From IMG/VR virus record IMGVR_UViG_2834966965_000001: a DNA stretch of 20,000 nucleotides; one strand, written 5' to 3'. Of the stretch, positions 8,546 to 15,200 are shown piece by piece (the first letter of the stretch is position 1; each line of letters starts with the position of its first letter). Source of the stretch: an uncultured virus (IMG/VR IMGVR_UViG_2834966965_000001). Lineage: Duplodnaviria; Heunggongvirae; Uroviricota; Caudoviricetes. Below the pieces are notes generated by a model. That model saw nothing but the letters and a program-made list of their open reading frames with translations, did not search any database and was not told the DNA's origin. A program made the position numbers and the translations under genes.

Positions 8546-8949
8546 TATTTCTCCTCCAGCGTGTACTCATAAGGGATCGCCTTGCCGTTATCCAGGGCGT
8601 TATCGCTTTGCGCTTCAACACGGAAGGCCTCATAGATCCCGAGAGGGCTGTTAATCACCGGAATTGCCTGGGGATCAGCCCCGACAATATAGTCATCGTC
8701 CAGGATACATTTCTCTGTTCCGTTGACTTGCTGATAAAGTCGGATGCTGATGTTTGCAGCAGCAGTTAACGCCGAAAGGTCTACCAGGAGAGAGTCAATC
8801 ATCTTTCCATCGTCATTTTGTCCGATAGTTACGAGATCGGCCCCGGCCGTGCCACTGGTCGCCACTCCGGATTGCCAGTTAGCGGTTACGGATCCCTTAT
8901 AGCGTTCAATCTCCGAAGAATATGCCTTAATATTCAGCTTATTCACCAT
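8545..8949 (-). CDS. small all-beta structural protein (single jelly-roll penton candidate)
   Basis: 134 aa with alternating hydrophobic beta-strand patterns. Second gene after the MCP, abutting both neighbours. Confidence 0.5.
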   Translation of the reverse strand: MVNKLNIKAYSSEIERYKGSVTANWQSGVATSGTAGADLVTIGQNDDGKMIDSLLVDLSALTAAANISIRLYQQVNGTEKCILDDDYIVGADPQAIPVINSPLGIYEAFRVEAQSDNALDNGKAIPYEYTLEEK

Positions 8950-9522
8950 TTAGATCGCCTCCTGGGTAATAACCGAGGCTGTGACAGTCCCTAAAGTCGG
9001 ATTAACCGAGGGCGTAACCGTACAAGCGATAAAAGGCATCCACTCCTCAAGTTTGAGTCCGTAAGCCCCTTTCTCACCGGCTGCGATTTTGAAAGTATTG
9101 ATCTGATAGGATCCCTCAATGTTATCGCTGGAATTGCCCATTACAGCAACCGTGACCTCTTGATTAAATCCGTTGAGGACTGATAAGAGTACCCGGTTTG
9201 CTGCCAAGACGTTAGCCATGCGTTGAGCTTTTAGAACATTGGTAGTTACCGAGGCCAGGGCCATAACTTCGACTGATTTGATGCCTAACTTGGGCAAAGT
9301 GATTGTCCCTCCGGATCCCCCGGTCCCTCCTGTCCCTCCAGTTCCCCCGGCTAAGAGTGTCGCCAGGGTACTATTTACCTGTAGAAGTTCGTATAGTAAG
9401 AGGTTAGTAAAGTCTTGACGATCATCCCGGCCGGAGAGCAGATCCGTAAACCTTTCCACAGGATTAAGTTTAGTTGCGAGATATTGCCGGTAATCTTGCA
9501 GTGATTGTCTATTTTCAAACAT
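8950..9522 (-). CDS. minor capsid/vertex protein candidate (helical N-terminus, Gly-Thr linker, beta-sandwich)
   Basis: 190 aa. The linker GGTGGTGGTGGSGGT separates a helical region from a ~110-aa beta-rich domain. First gene after the MCP. SD GGAGG. Confidence 0.55.
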   Translation of the reverse strand: MFENRQSLQDYRQYLATKLNPVERFTDLLSGRDDRQDFTNLLLYELLQVNSTLATLLAGGTGGTGGTGGSGGTITLPKLGIKSVEVMALASVTTNVLKAQRMANVLAANRVLLSVLNGFNQEVTVAVMGNSSDNIEGSYQINTFKIAAGEKGAYGLKLEEWMPFIACTVTPSVNPTLGTVTASVITQEAI

Positions 9523-9542
9523 CTTTGCCTCCCATATTGAAA

Positions 9543-9595
9543 GAGGGCCGTAAGCTCATTAGAGAGCTAATACTCTCCAGAGAGCTACGGCCCTC
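9543..9595 (-). terminator. long hairpin after the MCP gene (partial terminator or processing site)
   Basis: GAGGGCCGTA (9543-9552) pairs with TACGGCCCTC (9586-9595), with inner stems GCTC/GAGC and TGGAGAG/CTCTCTA. Only TTT follows on the minus strand. Confidence 0.65.
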
Positions 9596-9630
9596 CTATT
9601 CTTTTCAGTGATCCTTAATTTAATAAGGTC

Positions 9631-10668
9631 CTATCTTCGACCGGCATAAGGCTGGACGGCATCATAGTAAATTATGGTATCGTCTCCGACAGCATAATTC
9701 TGGATCGTCAAGCCGAGCTTTATGTCTCCGGTCTGATAGCCTCTTAGATCCAGGCCATAGTCCGGATTGGCAAACTCACGGAGATCCAGGAGACCGACTC
9801 CAGTAATCGCCTGGTTAATAGGTTTGGTCACGGCCCCAGCTGCGGTCATCGCCGGGATTTGGGTCAAGGCCAGGGGTTCAGTCAAGAACACCCAATTACT
9901 TTCGATCAAGCGTCTATTTTCCTTCGGGAGAATAAGGCCAACCTTCGCTATTTCATCATCAGCCAGCAAAGGGCCTCCGCTTGCGATTGCAGTATCATCC
10001 TGGGATAACAGGAAAATTCTGCGTAAGAAACAGCCGGTAGGCACATCGTGCAGATCGGACAGGTCCGATTTGTTAGCCGAATGCGCATAAAACTCGGTAT
10101 TGCTCATTGGCTTATATCCGGCCATGCTCGGAAGGCCCAGGACCTCATACACATCGGCAGAGAAGGTACCAGCCGAAATATCAATCGCGGTATCACAAAT
10201 ATCGGCTGCCTGGGTTGTGGAAATGGTCAATTTCAGGCCGTTCGGACTTTCATCCTGGGCTGGAATAAAAGCGGTCAGATCAAAGGGATTATCGCGCCCG
10301 TAAGCGTCCACCGGCCGGGATCCGAAATGGAGAATGAGGTTACCATAGATATTATTGGTAGTCATTCCCTTTGCGAAACTAGTCTTTTTAAAATCCACCT
10401 GGTTAATAACGTGGAGTAAGCGTCCCATCTGTTCACCGGAAGCTCCGAAATAGGTTCCTCCAACGCTCCCCTCAATCTTGAGGTTCTGGATCGCTTTATA
10501 GGCAGCTAACTGTGTATTGGTATCGGCAGCAAGACAGGCCGTTACGGTCAGGATGTAATGCAATACGATCCTGGTAATGGCCCCTTCATTGGGGAGAGTG
10601 ATCTGTTTCTCGCTACTGGCTGCCCAGGCCTGAGTTTCGGTTAAAGATTTTCTAATTTGATACTTCAT
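9631..10668 (-). CDS. double-jelly-roll major capsid protein, STIV B345-like
   Basis: 345 aa. Colinear by-eye matches to the STIV MCP as recalled from memory: LTETQAWAASSEKQITLPNEGAITRI vs LQQTYAWTAGTNIPIKIPRNNFIRKI; IQNLKI...TYFGASGEQMGRLL vs VQTFNL...TLYSVSGTGLGILM; VPTGCFLRRIFL vs LQPGQIYKRQLV; LLDLREF...LDL...GDIKLGLTIQN vs IIDFRKY...LDL...DSIEYDLALQN. Confidence 0.8.
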   Translation of the reverse strand: MKYQIRKSLTETQAWAASSEKQITLPNEGAITRIVLHYILTVTACLAADTNTQLAAYKAIQNLKIEGSVGGTYFGASGEQMGRLLHVINQVDFKKTSFAKGMTTNNIYGNLILHFGSRPVDAYGRDNPFDLTAFIPAQDESPNGLKLTISTTQAADICDTAIDISAGTFSADVYEVLGLPSMAGYKPMSNTEFYAHSANKSDLSDLHDVPTGCFLRRIFLLSQDDTAIASGGPLLADDEIAKVGLILPKENRRLIESNWVFLTEPLALTQIPAMTAAGAVTKPINQAITGVGLLDLREFANPDYGLDLRGYQTGDIKLGLTIQNYAVGDDTIIYYDAVQPYAGRR

Positions 10669-10703
10669 TGTTTACCTACCTTATCAATTCTTTCCGGGCT
10701 TAA

Positions 10704-11285
10704 TTAGTGCCCACCCAGGGCAGCGGCATAATAGCTAGATCTACCGGTTCCGGCATTGGAAACACCGGTATTAGATCTTAACGCCTCTAATTCGACCTTA
10801 TGAGAGGCCAGGCCAGCAGCCGGGATGCTGCCGGTTATCTTGTTAGCGAGAGACTGCGCCCAGGTATCAATCGGCAATAGGTCTCTGGTTCCATCAAAGG
10901 CCAGTAACAGAGCTACGCCTTGAGACAACTTCTCACCCAGGAATTTCTTACCGAATTTGATAGAAGCCCCGGCTATGACGAGCTTGACCAGGCCCTTTTT
11001 CCAGGGTTCGCTGGTCGCCATGAAGCCATCAATTAACTCGGTAGCGAATACGGCCCCAAAGCCTCCGACTACTGCTTGGCCCAGGGGAATATCCCACACC
11101 TTGAAACTCATCATTTCATCCAGGGATCCAATCCGGTTTAGTTCAGCGACTTCGGGCTTCTCGATTTTGTTATCGCCCAAAGTGGCTAATTTCGTGTCAA
11201 TCCCTTCGACCTTGGCAAATAAATTCTCAAATGCCTTTTTATCGGGCATTTCGTCAATCATGGCAGCTAATTTTATAGCGTCCAA
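10704..11285 (-). CDS. membrane-associated protein immediately upstream of the MCP (putative major membrane/assembly protein)
   Basis: 193 aa, TTG start with SD-like AAGGTAGGTG. Charged N-terminus followed by three Gly/Ala-rich hydrophobic or amphipathic helices. Confidence 0.65.
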   Translation of the reverse strand: MDAIKLAAMIDEMPDKKAFENLFAKVEGIDTKLATLGDNKIEKPEVAELNRIGSLDEMMSFKVWDIPLGQAVVGGFGAVFATELIDGFMATSEPWKKGLVKLVIAGASIKFGKKFLGEKLSQGVALLLAFDGTRDLLPIDTWAQSLANKITGSIPAAGLASHKVELEALRSNTGVSNAGTGRSSYYAAALGGH

Positions 11286-11315
11286 TTTTCACCTACCTTA
11301 TATAAATTGGGGGGC

Positions 11316-11411
11316 CTACTTACGGCATTTCCCCTTTATGCGGACCTTTCCATTCTGTAAACGGCAAATCTTCATGCCGGACCGGGTACATTTGCAGCTA
11401 TTTTTCTGCAT
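11316..11411 (-). CDS. 31-aa basic Cys-rich peptide (not in ORF track)
   Basis: MQKNSCKCTRSGMKICRLQNGKVRIKGKCRK*. SD AGGAGG at 11426-11421. 4 Cys, 11 K/R, no acidic residues. Confidence 0.7.
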   Translation of the reverse strand: MQKNSCKCTRSGMKICRLQNGKVRIKGKCRK

Positions 11412-11429
11412 TAGCCAGATCCTCCTGTA

Positions 11430-11537
11430 CTATTTCTTACGAGGGGATTTGAGGCAGCGATGGGTTTTCCTGCTGACGCCATAGCGACATTTCCGCTTTC
11501 GCTTCGCCAACTCCGCTACTTTAACCTCTTTGTCCAT
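11430..11537 (-). CDS. 35-aa highly basic peptide (not in ORF track)
   Basis: MDKEVKVAELAKRKRKCRYGVSRKTHRCLKSPRKK*. Perfect SD AAGGAGGT at 11550-11543. First gene after the operon-2 promoter. Confidence 0.8.
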   Translation of the reverse strand: MDKEVKVAELAKRKRKCRYGVSRKTHRCLKSPRKK

Positions 11538-11560
11538 GATCCACCTCCTTAAATTTGCCC

Positions 11561-11641
11561 GGAGAAAAGGCTTCACTTATAAAAGGGAAGGGGGAAGGAT
11601 CCTCACCCCCTTATAGAGCGAAGCCTTCCCCCTGTTTTTTT
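11561..11641. other. structured RNA element in the leader of the structural operon
   Basis: AAGGCTTC (11567-11574) pairs with GAAGCCTT (11620-11627), extendable by G-U pairs on the minus strand. An alternative stem is GGGGGAAGG (11590-11598) / CCTTCCCCC (11624-11632). A T-run follows on the + strand at 11635-11641. Confidence 0.55.
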
Positions 11642-11689
11642 AGCTGGTTTGATCAGTCTTGATCAGAGACTAATACTTACCATGAGTTT

Positions 11690-11733
11690 ACTGTAAGATT
11701 GATACGCTAAAATTGTCAAAACTTAGCCTCAAA
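11690..11733 (-). promoter_or_regulatory. promoter of the structural operon with conserved upstream motif
   Basis: Minus strand TTTGAGGCTAAGTT-TTGACA, 18 nt, TACAGT. The 19-mer at 11715-11733 matches 19441-19459 at 18 of 19 positions. Confidence 0.75.
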
Positions 11734-11738
11734 TAATC

Positions 11739-11966
11739 CTATCGGATTACAGCCGATATGTTTTCCCTTTTGAATTTGGATTTTATCGGCCTTCCGCGAA
11801 CCGGCATAGGGGCCGGAGTTGCATCAGTCCTATGACCGCACTGAATACACACCAAGTTAAAACCCTCAATCGTGATCTCCAAGTTGCGATCTCCTCCGCA
11901 CTTCGGACAGCTTCTAAGCTGCCACACTGAGGGATAGAAAATTGGACAATTCATTATTGCCTCCAT
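11739..11966 (-). CDS. Zn-ribbon protein with basic tail (candidate transcription regulator)
   Basis: CPKC...CIQC. The true start may be the second Met (MNCPIF), which is preceded by GGAGG. Last gene of operon 1. Confidence 0.7.
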   Translation of the reverse strand: MEAIMNCPIFYPSVWQLRSCPKCGGDRNLEITIEGFNLVCIQCGHRTDATPAPMPVRGRPIKSKFKRENISAVIR

Positions 11967-11968
11967 CT

Positions 11969-12241
11969 TTAATCACGTTTTATCTTGTAACATCTTGTGG
12001 ACCCCTTCTTTCCATTACTCACGCAAATATAAGGGATCTGGTGGTCCTTACCAGTCTGAACATCCGTTGAAGATAGTCTGAGCGATCCACTTGGATGGGT
12101 ATGCCAGAGGGCCAAGGGATCCGTCCCGGCCGGACATTTAACTGGAACCTTGACGCTATCCCGGTCCCCATGTGCCGGAGGTCCGGCGGATAACCGACCC
12201 AGGTGAGATTTACAGATTAGAATACCGATTTCTTTTTCCAT
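11969..12241 (-). CDS. minimal stand-alone JAB/MPN+ metalloenzyme
   Basis: 90 aa with an N-terminal catalytic Glu (KEIGILI) and the JAMM motif WHTHPSGSLRLSSTD (HxH-x7-S-x2-D). Confidence 0.8.
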   Translation of the reverse strand: MEKEIGILICKSHLGRLSAGPPAHGDRDSVKVPVKCPAGTDPLALWHTHPSGSLRLSSTDVQTGKDHQIPYICVSNGKKGSTRCYKIKRD

Positions 12242-12271
12242 TGGCGAACCTCTTTATTTTAGGGTTTCTCT

Positions 12272-15200
12272 TCAGCTTGCGATAGTGGCTTGCGGCATGG
12301 CTTCTTTGACTTCATGGAGAACGTCGGACATCAGGGTCCGACCATTTTCAGCGTCACATGAGGGATTCTTGCCATGTTCCAAAGTATAAGCCCTTTGTCC
12401 CACGTTGGAATTCAATCTTCTAACCTGCATATCTTCAGCCGGGTTGGAGTTTGTCCGGCCAATTTCCAGTTTGTACGGATCGTGAGTTACACAATAGGCT
12501 TCAATATCGGCCTTACGTTGCCCGGATGATTTTACAGAATAGAAGCGCAGTCCGTCCGGATCGGCCATTTCCCCGGTCCTGGTAGCCGTCCAGCGTTCCG
12601 GTTTGGAGCTATCGGCCTTTCGATGGAGGACTTCTCCTTTGGCTTCCAGGTATTCCAAGGCCTCTTTTAACCGGCTATCATTCACGGACTTGACCTTGCA
12701 ATACTGTTTAATCTGGTCCATGGAGAGCCAATCACCGGCATAAACCATCATTTCCGGGAGTAGCTTTTCATTGGCAAACTCCTCCATGTCCATGTTGTCC
12801 CATTTACTTTCCAGCTCAGCCTCGGAGTCGAGTAATCGGCCCTGGGAAGGACTAATTTTGGCATTATTCCATTCACGGTTAGGGCCTCCAACCTCGTACT
12901 TATCCAGGAAATCCCGGTATTTCGGTCCTAACTGTTTAGTCGTGGAATCATTGAGAAAATCCTGCCACTGCCGGTCATTCATCCATGCTGGTCTAAACCT
13001 CCCGGCATACATTGCCGAAAGATGATAGATATGGCCATCCAGGTCCGGAGTTTCATCGTCCGGATGTTTCAGGTCATATCGTCCGGAATATGTTTGTCCG
13101 TCCTCCCAGTTAACCTTGAAATCACATTTATCATAGCCTCCGTGCATGGGGGCCGTTTTCCCCCACTTATAAAGAAGATAAAAGGCTTTTTGCCACACAT
13201 CAGGCCCGGTAAGAGTGACGGGCTTTCCGCATTCACTTGCCGGTCCCTCGGCTCTTTCAATGACTATTGTTTTGGCCTTAATTTTTGCCATATTATCCCC
13301 CATCTTTACTATTTGCCCTCGGCTTGATTTGGCGTTAAACATCGCTGCCTGGACGCCCTGGGGAAGCCGGAATGCCGGTTCGGGTTTGGATACGTCTTGC
13401 TTATTCCAGGTTAGAGTTTGCGGTTCGTCGGCTGGCAGCATGACCTCAAAATTAATTGAGGAGTAGGGATCCGCGCTATGTACCTCTTTGGCCCAGGGGA
13501 TCGCTTTGCCTATTTTGACTACGTTCATCCATTCCGGGCCTTCATACAATTTCGGCTTAATGCCGTAAATCGTGACTATATAGGCCCCGACGTTCATCCC
13601 GGCTTCGCAAATTTTAACCTTTCCGATAGAAATCCCATAAGCTAGAAACTCCCGGAGGGGTTTCCAGTTCATTACTTTAGTTATCTGATCTGGAGGGAGA
13701 TTGCAGAAATCAACCTTCCGGCTTAACCATTTGGAGTCTATCATCCCGGAGTCAAACAGATTGCCTAGAAATTGAAAACCGTCTCCTGATAGATTTAGGA
13801 CTTTAGCCGTACCTGCGCCTTCAAGTTCGGCAAAATCGGCGTCTGGATCCTCTTCCTCTTTGACGTACTGGACGGGATCTGACAGGAAAGGCTTATGAAT
13901 GAAGGAATTAAGTAACTCCGTAGAGATTGAGTTTTCAAAGGCCTCTTGTTGAGATCTGCCGTCTATAGCCTGGGCAATCACCATTTCCTTATAGGCCAAT
14001 ATTTCCATCATCCTCTCGTCAATGGTCCCTTTTGCCAGGACATTCACGATTTCAACTGGCTTCTTTTGCCCTATTCTATGTGCCCTGTCCTCGGCCTGGA
14101 GCTTGCCTCCCGGCGTCCAGGGAAGATCCATGAAAGCCACACGGTTAGCAGAGGTTAGCGTAATGCCTACCCCGGCCGCTCCTACGGTCCCGAAAAAATA
14201 GCATTGGTCCGGATCGCGCTGGAATTTATCAACGAGAGCTTGCCGGTCCTCTTTGGCGAGACTTCCAGAGTAGATAGGAGAACTAACTTGCTTCATTTGT
14301 TTAAGTCTTTCGAGAGGTTCCAGGAAATTACTGAATACCAGGACCTTACTCCCGGTTTCATGGCAGGGTTTCAGCCAATCGCTAACAGCATCCACCTTGC
14401 CCTGTGCTGCCAGTTGCCGGAGAGCATTCATCCGGGTAATCAATTCGGCCTTAGATGCTCTTCGGGCTGCCTCAGTCCCTTTTGTTTTGACCAGGTAGCG
14501 GATAAAGTCCAGTTCAGCCTCTTTATACTCTTTGACATTGGATATGGGGACAAACATCGGAGTCTGTGTCTTAGGCGGCAACTGTTTCAAAACGTCCTTT
14601 TTCAGTCTCCGCAACATGATCGATTGCAGTGTCTGGTGCAAGTGGCCGAGATTCTTGGCTCCGGTATATATTCTCCGGCCTTTAACCACCTTGCTTTCGG
14701 TATAGGTCTGGAGAAATTCTGGGAATTGGCCTCGCCTTTTGAAGCCCAGGAATACCAGCAAAGCAAAAAGCTCAATCGGCCGGTTAAGGATGGGAGTCCC
14801 TGTCACGGCTACACGGTTCGGGATTGGCTTATCAGCCGGTTGCTTTTCCTTTGGTTCCACTAACTCCAGGATCGCCCTGGTCCGGTGCGTGTCCATGTTC
14901 TTTACTAAGTGTGCCTCATCTATAATCACGGCCTGAAATCCGGCTTTTCGCAAGGACGTGAGATATTTCGCTATCATGCCATAAGTAACTAAGGTCCAAT
15001 CCGGCAGAGGATCCGGTAGCCGGTTTTGTCCGTCCAGTATGACAACTTTATCTTTTTGTCTCCACATTTCGGAAATCTCACGCTTCCAGTTGAAGATCAG
15101 CGAAGCCGGGACAACTACCAGGACTGGCCGATGATCGGCCCCCCAATGGATCGCTTGCGGAGTCTTGCCGAGGCCCATTTCATCGGCCAGCAAAGCACTC

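Noticed and set aside
9305..9352. Short GGN-ACN repeat tract as a DNA-level repeat element
   Set aside because: It encodes the GGTGGTGGTGGSGGT linker with varied codons, so it is a protein-level feature.
11969..12241. CBASS or ubiquitin-like conjugation operon suggested by the JAB gene
   Set aside because: No CD-NTase, E1, E2 or Ubl gene is recognisable in the window.
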